NCBI GenBank assembly: GCA_032718475.1
Contig: JAUCBJ010002989.1
Span: forward strand, 45,043-109,042
Reading direction: 5' to 3'
DNA: 64,000 nucleotides
DNA from: Nemertoderma westbladi
Taxonomy: Eukaryota > Animalia > Xenacoelomorpha
Part shown: positions 49,052 to 61,242 of the stretch, piece after piece
How positions within the stretch are numbered: the first letter of the stretch is position 1
Layout: every line of letters starts with the position of its first letter
Notes under the pieces: generated by a model
What the model was told of the DNA's origin: nothing
What the model saw: the letters and a program-made list of their open reading frames with translations, nothing else
Databases searched by the model: none
Position numbers and translations under genes: made by a program

Positions 49052-50215
49052 TGTAAAGGCTTTTGCGTAATTAGTCGGTTATTTTCCCCGTAAAGTACTC
49101 TGTAGTTGGTTTAACAGGCATAAAAGGCCGTGTCCTTACTGTATTGTTGTTTTAGAGGACATAAAAGCCATTTCTTCTGTATGTGTACTTTAGCGGACAT
49201 GATTAGCAATTCTATGACGCAATACGCCGGATCCTCTTGAAACAGTGTAGCTACCATGACGACGGCTAACAGCTGATATTGCCACGTGGAACATCTCTTT
49301 GTTCTTTGTTCTCTCTTTGTTCGGTCGACCAATCAGAGCGTTTTTTGCCTCTGTGTTGGAGATTGTATATAGAAACTAGTGAAGTGAGTCAGTATGTGAT
49401 TTTGTCCACAGCCTACATCACCGGCGTGGAACCTCCGTGTTTCAGTCTTTAGTTCAACATTAGTAGGCTTAATTATAGAACGTATATCCGTTATCTTACT
49501 CAATAATCACACATACCACAACACAACTTACTTAACTCAATCCGTGTTTCGTACTGCTATTTACTGTCGGTTATTCATTATATTTGTTGATGGAATATTA
49601 TATTTGGAATACTGATAAACAATCAGACACCCCAATCTTCTTGATATACTAAAGGTTAGAGAGACAGGATACATATAACGATTGCGACTTACATTAAGTG
49701 GTTTGAAGTGAATCTAATGCTATTTTATAGGCCCTACACGTATTGTCTGTTGTTCTCCTTATATGTGACTAAAATTAGTGAAGGTCGGCAGATTAGTGTG
49801 CAGCATTGTGCAGTATTGTGTATGATCGTGATTGATAACGAAGCATCTCCTAAAGAATGCGCCATATACGTGAATCTATAGCCATCCCGTTGTGTCTAGT
49901 TTAAGTCATAACTCTGTTTATATATTTAAAGCGCCACGTCCTAAAGGAACTGTTAATATTTCCCGAAAGTGAATAATATTTGTCAGAGATTATATATATT
50001 ACGATCAGTCGAATAATACAGTAGGCCTACCCCGCAATACAATTAGGCTTCCGAATCCAGTCTCCCGGGTATATCCAGCGGGTGAATGATCGCGCATAGA
50101 CTGGTTTCGGCTAATGTAGTGTATCAAATATTTGTCATAGGCTAAAGACTATCTATCATCTAAAAGACATCCAAATTTGGCAGGTTAAACTGCTAAAGGT
50201 CTGAAAGCGCGAACA
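49052..50215 (+). repeat. 3' LTR of BEL copy 2 (1164 bp)
   Basis: TGTAAAGGC...GCGCGAACA termini match the copy-1 LTR ends. The 3' ~650 bp are clearly homologous and the 5' part is divergent. Preceded by CTGGGAGCGG. Confidence 0.92.
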
Positions 50216-50629
50216 GAAGGCGCTTCGAATGATATCTAGATTACATTCCAAAGACGTAAAATAAAGTCTACGGAGGTGGTTAAACATTGCTAAATATACA
50301 TTTTTTAATGGCTTGTTGTATGGAAATAACTGAGAAATTGAAAAATCCGGCCAGGCCATCAGTAAGAAAAGGTGTCGTTCTATCATAATACCAAATTTCG
50401 TATCATTTTATTTAAATTTTAAAAAAGAAAAAATTAAGGGGGGGGGGGGGGGGCTCCGACCCTCTAAAAATGGTTGTGGTATTAAGGGTTTATGGTGTAT
50501 AAGTATACAACATTTTCATTTTTTTAATAAACAACTGTTTATTTTTGTTTCTATGGTATTGTGATACAGTAGTGTTTTCGTTGGTAGCTAGTGTTACTGT
50601 ACATTCCAAAAATTATGGGTAATTTTACT

Positions 50630-50838
50630 AGCGATATTTTTGCTCGCGATATTTTTTACTCTCGATATATTTACTCGCGATATTTTTACTCTCGATATAT
50701 TTACTCGCGATATTTTTTACTCTCGATATATTTACTCGCGATATTTTTACTCGCGATGTTTCTTGAACTGGCGATATTATCGATATTTTTGAACACGCTA
50801 TATTTTTACTCGCGATATTTTTCATGTCTCGATATTTT
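50630..50838. repeat. ~15-bp tandem repeat (GATATTTTTACTCGC / GATATATTTACTCTC)
   Basis: Directly visible, roughly a dozen degenerate units. Confidence 0.85.
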
Positions 50839-51504
50839 TCAATGCTACTGCCATGGTCTCCTAATGGCATGGCAAGGCATCAACAAGCATAGATTTATCA
50901 AAGCAGTAAGTTTACCACCATGACCTTCTACAGTATAATGAGACCTTGTAAGCTGCATCAGTGTCCGCTAAATGTAGCGGGATTGCTGCAGCTTCCTACA
51001 AACAATTTAAAATCAAGCAAATTCAGCAAAACATCATAAATGTGACAACAATGAAGATAAATGTGATGGTGATAAATTGTGATAAAAATGTTTGATAAAA
51101 TTATTTTTATGTTTTATTTACGTTACTCTTGCCAGAAATACCCAGTTTGTATTCTTGAACAATAAATCAAAGGAGAGAAGGGTTGGAATACGAGTGAATT
51201 TAATGTTATTATAACATTTATCTATCCTATTGCAGAAGATACTTTAATGATATGAAATAACCTAAAAGTGACAATCTTTATAAATAATATAGATTGAACC
51301 TGCCGTTGTTATTTTAATGTTATTAACAACGCAATACTAACCTTATTAGATAACGGCAGATTCCTTGGCCAATAATAAATTACATCATTAATCTATTACT
51401 TTAAAAAAAATAATGTTTTCAATGTTAATGAATAACATTTTAATAACAGGTTTTTAACAATACAATATTTGCAGGGTTATCAGGTCGTATTACAGAAGGT
51501 CATG

Positions 51505-51933
51505 TCACCACCAACCTAGGACACCACCGGCTCCAGACACCACGCATACTAAAAGCAGAAGCTGGGCTACGAAGGCGATATAGGCCCCAGGGAGCCGTTG
51601 TTTGGGGTTACCGGAATAGTAACCCAAAGAGTAGACAACTCTCCCGACAATCCATAGAGAACCGAAAGCCGTCGCCAGACGAGGATGTTTGAACCCGGCT
51701 AGTAGCAGCGCAGTGATGGCGAATGGGAGGTTCTCCAAGGTGTTCTGATGTACTCGCTGGCAGCAGTTGAACATCGGGTGTTTAACCGAATATAGTGCGG
51801 GGTATTCAACCTTGAACTTCTTCCGCATGTTCATAACTTTTGCGAACTGCCACATGTGGAGGGCGAAGATCCCAATGAAGACAAGGAACACGTAGCCGAA
51901 GTCTGGACTTATTTCGAACCCAATTGTAGCCAT
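51505..51933 (-). CDS. MGST3: Microsomal glutathione S-transferase 3-like (MAPEG family), intronless, 142 aa
   Basis: Motifs RKKFKVEYPALYS, FNCCQRVHQNTLE and GRVVYSLGYYSGNPKQR; four hydrophobic helices; C-terminal LGWW; ACCATGG start context. Confidence 0.93.
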   Translation of the reverse strand: MATIGFEISPDFGYVFLVFIGIFALHMWQFAKVMNMRKKFKVEYPALYSVKHPMFNCCQRVHQNTLENLPFAITALLLAGFKHPRLATAFGSLWIVGRVVYSLGYYSGNPKQRLPGAYIAFVAQLLLLVCVVSGAGGVLGWW

Positions 51934-52302
51934 GGTAACATTGGTAACAAGTAGATATATATATTATCGAACTAATTGATTATTATGAAATTAGATTTGA
52001 AAAGTAAAATTAAAGAATTAACTACGTTTACACAGTTTAGATTACGGGTTACGTAATGAATTCACCTTCAACAACATTATGTGTTTCCCTAATTCATTCA
52101 TCAATTTCTTTCATATTGCTAATTATCTACCTGCCGTAGCCCTAGTACTAATAAAAATATCCAAGAGAAGATATATACAGTACAAGGAAGCAGAGTCTTA
52201 TACGTAGCCAACCAGGTCATCCATGTGCCGGGGGAGTAAAGAAAAAAAGGTTGGGTAGTTATGGAGTGTTCATTGTGAGTTAGTATGGCGCCATCGGTGC
52301 CT

Positions 52303-53331
52303 TATAGGTAACAGCCAAGAGAGAGGAGCCTTCGGGTTGTCTTCGGTGGTTCGTGTTTCACTCGTTCACTATAGGTAACAGCCAAGAGAGAGGAGCCTTC
52401 GTGTTGCCTTCGGTGGTTTGTGTTTAACTCGTTCACTATAGGTAACAGCCAAGAGAGAGGAGGAGCCTTCGTGTTGCCTTCGGTGGTTTGTGTTTCACTC
52501 GTTCACTATAGGTAACAGCCAAGAGAGAGGAGCCTTCGGGTTGCCTTCGGTGGTTTGTGTTTTACTCGTTCACTATAGGTAACAGCCAAGAGAGAGGAGG
52601 AGCCTTCGTGTTGCCTTCTGTGGTTTGTGTTTCACTAGTTCACTATAGGTAACAGCCAAGAGAGAGGAGCCTTCGGGTTGCCTTTGGTGGTTTGTGTTTC
52701 ACTCGTTCACTATAGGTAACAGCCAAGAGAGAGGGGCCTTCGGGTTGCCTTCGGTGGTTTGTTTTTCACTCGTTCACTATAGGTAACAGCCAAGAAAGAG
52801 GAGCCTTCGGGTTGCCTTCGGTGGTTCGTGTTTCACTCGTTCACTATAGGTAACAGCCAAGAGAGAGGAGCCTTCGGGTTGCCTTCGGTGGTTCGTGTTT
52901 CACTCGTTCACTATAGGTAACAGCCAAGAGAGAGGAGCCTTCGGGTTGCCTTCGGTGGTTTGTTTTTCACTCGTTCACTATAGGTAACAGCCAAGAGAGA
53001 GGAGCCTTCGGGTTGCCTTCGATGGTTTGTGTTTCACTTGTTCACTATAGGTAACAGCCAAGAGAGACGAGGAGGCTTTGGGTTGCCTTGGTAACAGCCA
53101 AGAGAGAGGAGCCTTCGGGTTGCCTTCGGTGGTTTGTGTATTACTCGTTCACTATAGGTAACAGCCAAGAGAGAGGAGGAGCCTTCGTGTTGCCTTCGGT
53201 GGTTTGTGTTTCACTCGTTCACTATAGGTAGCAGCCAAGAGAGAGGAGCCTTTCTTGTTGCCTTAGGTGGTTTGTGTTTCACTCGTTCACTATAGGTAAC
53301 AGCCAAGAGAGAGGAGCCTTCGGTGGTTCGC
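52303..53331. repeat. 67/70-bp minisatellite (~15 units)
   Basis: Unit TATAGGTAACAGCCAAGAGAGAGGAGCCTTCGGGTTGCCTTCGGTGGTTTGTGTTTCACTCGTTCAC, with copies starting at 52303, 52370 and onward. Confidence 0.96.
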
Positions 53332-53335
53332 TCAC

Positions 53336-56300
53336 CATCCCCAACCAGATATACGTACATCCCCCACCAGATACACGTACATCCCCCACCAGATATACGT
53401 ACATCTCCCACCAGATATACGTACATCAGCCACCAGATATACGTACATCCCCCACCAGATATACGTATATCCCCCACCAGATATACGTACATCTCCCACC
53501 AGATATATACGTACATCTCCGACCAGATATACGTACATCTCCGACCGATATACATACAACTCTCACCAGATATACGTACATCTCCGACCAGATATACATA
53601 CAACTCTCACCAGATATACGTACATATCCGACCAGATATACGTACACCCCCCACCAGATATACGTACATCTCCGACCAGATATACATACAACTCTCACCA
53701 GATATACGTACATATCCGACCAGATATACGTACATCCCCCACCAGATATACGTACATCTCCGACCAGATATACGTACATCTCCGACCAGATATACGTACA
53801 TCTCCCACCAGATATACGTACATCTCCCACCAGATATACTTACATCTCCGACCGATATACATACAACTCTCACCAGATATACTTACATCTCCGACCGATA
53901 TACATACAACTCTCACCAGATATATATACAACTCTCACCAGATATACGTACATCTCCGACCAGATATACGTACATCTCCCACCAGATATACGTACATATC
54001 CCACCAGATATACGTACATCTCCGACCGATATATATACAACTCTCACCAGATATACGTATATCTCCGACCGATATATTTACGACTCTCACCAGATATACG
54101 TACATCTCCGACCAGATATACTTACATCTCAGACCAGATATACGTACATCTCCGAACACATATACGTACATCTCCCACCAGATATACGTACATCTCCGAC
54201 CGATATACATACAACTCTCACCAGATATACGTACATCTGCGACCGATATACATACAACTCTCACCAGATATACGTACATCTCCGACCAGATATACGTACA
54301 TCTTCGACCAGATATACTTACATCTGCGACCGATATACATACAACTCTCACCAGATATACGTACATCTCGGACCAGATATACGTACATCTCCGACCAGAT
54401 ATACGTACATCTCCCACCAGATATACGTACATCTCCCACCAGATATACGTACATCTCCGACCAGATATACGTACATCTCCGACCGATATACATACAACTC
54501 TCACCAGATATACGTACATCTCCGACCAGATATACATACATCTCCCACCAGATATACGTACATCTGCGACCGATATACATACAACTCTCACCAGATATAC
54601 GTACATCTCCGACCAGATATACATACAACTCTCACCAGATATACGTACATCTCCGACCGATATACATACAACTCTCACCAGATATACGTACATCTCCGAC
54701 AAGATATACATACAACTCTCACCAGATATACGTACATCTCCAACCAGATATACATACAATTCTCACCAGATATACGTACATCTCCGACCAGATATACATA
54801 CAACTCTCACCAGATATACGTACATCTCCGACCGATATACATACAACTCTCACCAGATATACGTACATCTCCGACCGATATATATACAACTCTCACCAGA
54901 TATACGTACATCTCCCACCAGATATACGTACATCTCCGACCAGATATACGTACATCTCCGACCAGATATACTTACATCTCCGACCAGATATACGTACATC
55001 TCCGACCAGATATACGTACATCTCCCACCAGATATACGTACATCTCCCACCAGATATACGTACATCTCCGACCAGATATACATACAACTCTCACCAGATA
55101 TACGTACATCTCCGACAGATATACATCAACTCTCACCAGATATACGTACATCTCCGACCAGATATACGTACATCTCCAACCGATATACATACAACTCTCA
55201 CTAGATATACGTACATCTCCGACCAGATATACTTACATCTCAGACCAGATATACGTACATCTCCGAACACATATACGTACATCTCCCACCAGATATACGT
55301 ACATCTCCGACCGATATACATAAAACTCTCACCAGATATACGTACATCTGCGACCGATATACATACAACTCTCACCAGATATACGTACATCTCCGACCAG
55401 ATATACGTACATCTTCGACCAGATATACTTACATCTGCGACCGATATACATACAACTCTCACCAGATATACGTACATCTCCGACCAGATATACGTACATC
55501 TCCGACCAGATATATGTACATCTCCCACCAGATATACGTACATCTCCCACCAGATATATGTACATCTCCGACCAGATATACGTACATCTCCGAGCGATAT
55601 ACATACAACTCTCACCAGATATACGTACATCTCCGACCAGATATACATACAACTCTCACCAGATATACGTACATCTCCGACAGATATACATCAACTCTCA
55701 CCAGATATACGTACATCTCCGACCAGATATACGTACATCTCCGACCGATATACATACAACTCTCACCAGATATATATACAACTCTCACCAGATATACGTA
55801 CATCTCCGACCAGATATACGTACATCTCCCACCAGATATACGTACATATCCCACCAGATATACGTACATCTCCGACCGATATATATACAACTCTCAACAG
55901 ATATACGTACATCTCCGACCGATATATTTACGACTCTCACCAGATATACGTACATCTCCGACCAGATATACTTACATCTCAGACCAGATATACGTACATC
56001 TCCGAACACATATACGTACATCTCCCACCAGATATACGTACATCTCCGACCGATATACATACAACTCTCACCAGATATACGTACATCTGCGACCGATATA
56101 CATACAACTCTCACCAGATATACGTACATCTCCGACCAGATATACGTACATCTTCGACCAGATATACTTACATCTGCGACCGATATACATACAACTCTCA
56201 CCAGATATACGTACATCTCGGACCAGATATACGTACATCTCCGACCAGATATACGTACATCTCCCACCAGATATACGTACATCTCCCACCAGATATACGT

Positions 56301-57587
56301 ACATCTCCGACCAGATATACGTACATCTCCGACCGATATACATACAACTCTCACCAGATATACGTACATCTCCGACCAGATATACATACATCTCCCACCA
56401 GATATACGTACATCTGCGACCGATATACATACAACTCTCACCAGATATACGTACATCTCCGACCAGATATACATACAACTCTCACCAGATATACGTACAT
56501 CTCCGACCGATATACATACAACTCTCACCAGATATACGTACATCTCCGACCAGATATACATACAACTCTCACCAGATATACGTACATCTCCAACCAGATA
56601 TACATACAATTCTCACCAGATATACGTACATCTCCGACCAGATATACATACAACTCTCACCAGATATACGTACATCTCCGACTGATATACATACAACTCT
56701 CACCAGATATACGTACATCTCCGACCGATATATATACAACTCTCACCAGATATACGTACATCTCCCACCAGATATACGTACATCTCCGACCAGATATACG
56801 TACATCTCCGACCAGATATACTTACATCTCCGACCAGATATACGTACATCTCCGACCAGATATACGTACATCTCCCACCAGATATACGTACATCTCCCAC
56901 CAGATATACGTACATCTCCGACCAGATATACATACAACTCTCACCAGATATACGTACATCTCCGACAGATATACATCAACTCTCACCAGATATACGTACA
57001 TCTCCGACCAGATATACGTAAATCTCCAACCGATATACATACAACTCTCACTAGATATACGTACATCTCCGACCAGATATACTTACATCTCAGACCAGAT
57101 ATACGTACATCTCCGAACACATATACGTACATCTCCCACCAGATATACGTACATCTCCGACCGATATACATACAACTCTCACCAGATATACGTACATCTG
57201 CGACCGATATACATACAACTCTCACCAGATATACGTACATCTCCGACCAGATATACGTACATCTTCGACCAGATATACTTACATCTGCGACCGATATACA
57301 TACAACTCTCACCAGATATACGTACATCTCCGACCAGATATACGTACATCTCCGACCAGATATATATACATCTCCCACCAGATATACGTACATCTCCCAC
57401 CAGATATATGTACATCTCCGACCAGATATACGTACATCTCCGACCGATATACATACAACTCTCACCAGATATACGTACATCTCCGACCAGATATACATAC
57501 AACTCTCACCAGATATACGTACATCTCCGACAGATATACATCAACTCTCACCAGATATACGTACATCTCCGACCAGATATACGTACG
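53336..57587. repeat. 21/22-bp tandem array (CCAGATATACGTACATCTCCGA / CCAGATATACATACAACTCTCA) with a 1850-bp higher-order duplication
   Basis: Directly visible. Near-identical repeat-derived ORFs are offset by exactly 1850 nt (53935/55785, 54218/56068, 55133/56983). Confidence 0.97.
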
Positions 57588-58555
57588 ATATATCTATTTT
57601 TTTGTTGTTAAATAAACTTAATTAACAACAAACAATTTAACTAACTATATACACCAGTAAGTGCTTAGTGATACTTTAGACCAGTGCTACTTTATTTGGC
57701 TATAAATAGCGAGTTAGTTTTGTCACCAGGTGTTGTAAGTAGCATGCATCCCAATGACTCTCCAGTGGATCATATTTTCCGGTGTCCTAATTTGTTAATT
57801 TTCTGATATAATATGCTTCTTCCATAAATACTGACTAATTGGTTGATTAAATTCCTTATCACTACTACCACTTAGTAAGTAGACCTTAGATTAGATTATT
57901 ATATTATAATGTCTTTGCTTTAGACGTTCATGGCACCACGATTTAATTTTGTTAATTAATGTGATTAATTTTAGATAAATAGAACGGATGTGATCTCCTT
58001 TTATAAAACACCTTTTAATATTAACATGGTGTTAGCTTTGAACACACACACACTTGACCACCCCGAGGAGGAGGGGGCCCTTCTATTATATCTGTTTGCT
58101 GGTGGCTGTGGGGCGAGTCAAATTTGCGAGCTATTGGCTAAGGGTTATAATCAAACTTTGGCCTTTCGAAAAGGGTGGGGGGGGGGGGGGGGTGTGTAGG
58201 TGTCGTCAGTATGTGTGTTTCGGTAACATGAAGAATAATTTATGTGGACATGGTAGTTGTGTTCGTACAAAATCTCAAATTAACTCCAAGAAAGACGTTA
58301 ATTAATATATAAAACGTATTAAGAAAATAGAAGGTATGGAACATTATCTTATAGTCAGTGGTAAACAATAAATTAATTAATTCATGAAGTTGTTGCACCA
58401 ATAATGGTAGTCAATGCTATGAAAACTGGAATATATTCTCAAAAAAGCATATAGATTATTATCTAGATAATACCGACACTGAAATAATCAGTGCATTATA
58501 TTTACAATAATATTTACAGATTATTATTATGGATAGATAATCAACGAGTTCTTAT

Positions 58556-61234
58556 CTAACCAACAGCGGCCGCTTGTGGCTTAGGAGTTGGTTGTTTGAG
58601 ACTGAATCCCCCGCCTGTGAACCGTCCCATATTACTCCCTCCCCCAGCGAGACTGGAGGGAGCATCCCCCCTGCCCCCTGCCTCGAGTTGTCTCTCCAAC
58701 CGTTCTCGCTCCTTAATCTGTTGATCCTTCTTCTTTTGCATGTAGTACTTCTTCTTAACCTCCTGCAACTCTCTGGCTAGTCTTTCGATCTCATATTTGT
58801 ATTCCTCAACCTGAGACTCGTACATGTTGAGCTCCGAAGCCATCCCTTTTAACTGCTTCGTTTTCTCTTTTAAAGTCCCTTGGTATATCTGCAACTGTTC
58901 TGCGACCTCCGGCCCAGGCTGCCGAGCCAATATGTGCTTCAACTCAACGTACAACTTCTCTTTCTCCTGTATCAACAGCTCTTTGTCAACAACCTCCTCT
59001 GTCTTTTGAATCAATCGCTTTTGCAACATTTGTATCTTCTGTATCATCTCGTATGTACTCGGATCCGATCCTTCCAACTTCCTCCAACGATGTATGTTCA
59101 TAGGATTCTCTAATTCTTCCTCCAAAGCCTTGCATCGTGTTCTCTCTTTCAGGAGATCTCGTTGTACATGGTAGACCTCCCGACGTAGCTGATCGATGTT
59201 AGAGACATTCTTCATCAGTATCGCCTTCTCCCGCCGCAACTTCTTGATCTCCATTTTCAGGAGTCGGATGTCATCCAACCTCGCCTTGTACTGGATTTCT
59301 CCCTTGTTTAGCGTCGACTGCTGTATCTTTATCTTTTCGTAAAGCAACGCCAACTCGTCATTTCGTCTCACCAACTGTGTCCCAAGGATGTCTCTCTCTG
59401 AGATAACCTGATCTAATTCCTTCTTCTGCCTCATTCTCTCTTGATCAGCATCACCAATGATCTTTAAGAGTTTCCTTTGTTCACTTTCTTGATTCTCTAT
59501 CAATTCCTTCATTGCCTTCTCCTGTTGACGCATTCTCTGTAACTCAGCCTTCAATGCCTCTTTATCTTTCTCAACTCGTTGTGATTCAATATGCTCCTTA
59601 ACCAGGGCAGCTTCTTTAGCTGTAATCTCTTCTTTCAGCTGATCGATCTGGTGGTTCATCACCTTAAGTTTTCGCTTCAACTCAGTAATTTCATCCCGAG
59701 CTTCGATTAAGTTCTTGTTGTAGAGATTCCTGTCAGAACGTACAGCCTCATATAAATTCTGCTGTTGCTTGAATTTGGTTTCCGCTTCAGCAATTTTTTT
59801 CTTGTAATCAAATATCTGCATCTCTCGAACTTTAACCTCTTCCATATGAAGAAGAACTTTCTGCGTGAGCTCGCTAGCTTCATTAATATATCGATCACGT
59901 TCTTTCTCTAGCTTGTATATTATTTTTCTTTGTTTCTGGGCTTCATCTTTGTAGTTGGTAATTTCCTGCTCCAAATTCTTCTTGGTTTGTTCGTGAAGTT
60001 TCACAAGACCCATTTGCTTCTGTGTGGCTGAAGATGCCTTCTGCATGTTTTTGGTGAGAATATCCCGTTCTCGGATCAAGTCATCAATAGATTTCTTATC
60101 CATTTCCGCCTGTTTCTTGTTCATCTCTAAATCACGTTCAAATCCCGCTATTCTCTGTTTCATGCTCTCCCTGTCGCCCTCTACTTCAGCTTTGAGATCC
60201 TCCACAGCTCTTAACTTTCGCGTTATTGCGTCCTTCATCTTGGACAGCTTCTGGCCATCCTGTCTGAGGGCGTTGATTTCATCCTCTTTTAGCTTGAGGT
60301 CAGTGACTTTGGCGCTGTTATCCGCAGCCATCTGATCAGCACTTATCAACTGCGACTCGAAGTCTGACTGTAGCTTTGTGTACCTCGCCAGTAGGATTTC
60401 CTGCTCCTTGGAGATTCGTTCGTTCTGTATCCGGTAATCCTTGACCTGTCCCTCGAGACGTGACATCTCATCACCATATCTCGTATTCTGCTGCCCCATT
60501 TCCTTAATTTCTCTATTTTTAGTTTCCAATTCCTCCTTAGTTTCCCTCAACTCACGTTCCAACTTCTCCTTTTTTCGCAGCTCTCTATGCGCCTCGTTGC
60601 TCTTTGCCTGAATATCCTGTTTCAGCTCGGCGATCTTATTCTCGGCTTGCACTTGATCCTCTTCCAGTTTCTGCTGAGAGAGCTGCGATTCTGTCAGCCC
60701 ATCTCGTAGCTTCACTATCTCTTGGAGCAGATCGTCCCTCTCTAGTGTGAGATCCTCTTTGAGCTTCAGCAGTTCATTGACCGAGTGTTCAGCGCCTCCC
60801 AATCCAGCTCCTTGCTCCACTAACCGAGTAAGATTCGCTATCTCTACCCGCAAACTCTGTATAGTTTCCTTGGCCCTGGACTCCTTATCATGTGCTGCGT
60901 CTACCATCTTCCAGGCTTTCTCTATCTCTTTCTTCAAGCTGTCGATCGTTTGCTTATCCTCCTGGGATAGCTGCATGGCTGTGGATACCTTCGAGGCATT
61001 CGCTACGATCTCTGCGTTTAACTCGCGGCACTTTCCCATCAGCCGCTTCTCAGAGTCGTGGCTCTTCTTCAAGGCCCTCAGGAGTTTCTCATATTCGACT
61101 CTGTATTTCTCGAGACTTCGGTCTCCCATGAGTTCTTGGAGGACCTCCTGAAAGTCCTTCTCGAGGGCCTCGATGGAGGCATCTTCAAACGCGGGTTTCT
61201 CAATGTTGCTCTTCTCTTTCTCAGTGGTTGCCAT
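58556..61234 (-). CDS. CFAP58: Cilia- and flagella-associated protein 58 (CCDC147), single coding exon, 892 aa
   Basis: Long coiled-coil protein with CFAP58 signature segments QQQNLYEAVRSDRNLY, ERDILGTQLVRRNDELALLYEKIKIQQSTL, ELENPMNIHRWRKLEGSDP and RFTGGGF. Confidence 0.95.
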   Translation of the reverse strand: MATTEKEKSNIEKPAFEDASIEALEKDFQEVLQELMGDRSLEKYRVEYEKLLRALKKSHDSEKRLMGKCRELNAEIVANASKVSTAMQLSQEDKQTIDSLKKEIEKAWKMVDAAHDKESRAKETIQSLRVEIANLTRLVEQGAGLGGAEHSVNELLKLKEDLTLERDDLLQEIVKLRDGLTESQLSQQKLEEDQVQAENKIAELKQDIQAKSNEAHRELRKKEKLERELRETKEELETKNREIKEMGQQNTRYGDEMSRLEGQVKDYRIQNERISKEQEILLARYTKLQSDFESQLISADQMAADNSAKVTDLKLKEDEINALRQDGQKLSKMKDAITRKLRAVEDLKAEVEGDRESMKQRIAGFERDLEMNKKQAEMDKKSIDDLIRERDILTKNMQKASSATQKQMGLVKLHEQTKKNLEQEITNYKDEAQKQRKIIYKLEKERDRYINEASELTQKVLLHMEEVKVREMQIFDYKKKIAEAETKFKQQQNLYEAVRSDRNLYNKNLIEARDEITELKRKLKVMNHQIDQLKEEITAKEAALVKEHIESQRVEKDKEALKAELQRMRQQEKAMKELIENQESEQRKLLKIIGDADQERMRQKKELDQVISERDILGTQLVRRNDELALLYEKIKIQQSTLNKGEIQYKARLDDIRLLKMEIKKLRREKAILMKNVSNIDQLRREVYHVQRDLLKERTRCKALEEELENPMNIHRWRKLEGSDPSTYEMIQKIQMLQKRLIQKTEEVVDKELLIQEKEKLYVELKHILARQPGPEVAEQLQIYQGTLKEKTKQLKGMASELNMYESQVEEYKYEIERLARELQEVKKKYYMQKKKDQQIKERERLERQLEAGGRGDAPSSLAGGGSNMGRFTGGGFSLKQPTPKPQAAAVG

Positions 61235-61242
61235 GGTATCTG

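Larger units (their letters stand above)
39078..50215 (+). mobile_element. BEL/Pao LTR retrotransposon, copy 2 (5'-truncated; pol intact; carries accessory ORF3)
   Basis: Colinear with copy 1 in the opposite orientation. Order is pol, ~1.6-kb spacer, ORF3, PPT-like tract, 3' LTR. Starts abruptly at the Polinton-like terminus, at the end of the protease. Confidence 0.95.

Noticed and set aside
53274-57625. 1445-aa, 703-aa and 666-aa plus-strand ORFs
   Set aside because: Open only because the 21/22-bp unit lacks stops. Overlapping frames give the same cyclic peptide, and the unit lengths do not preserve frame.
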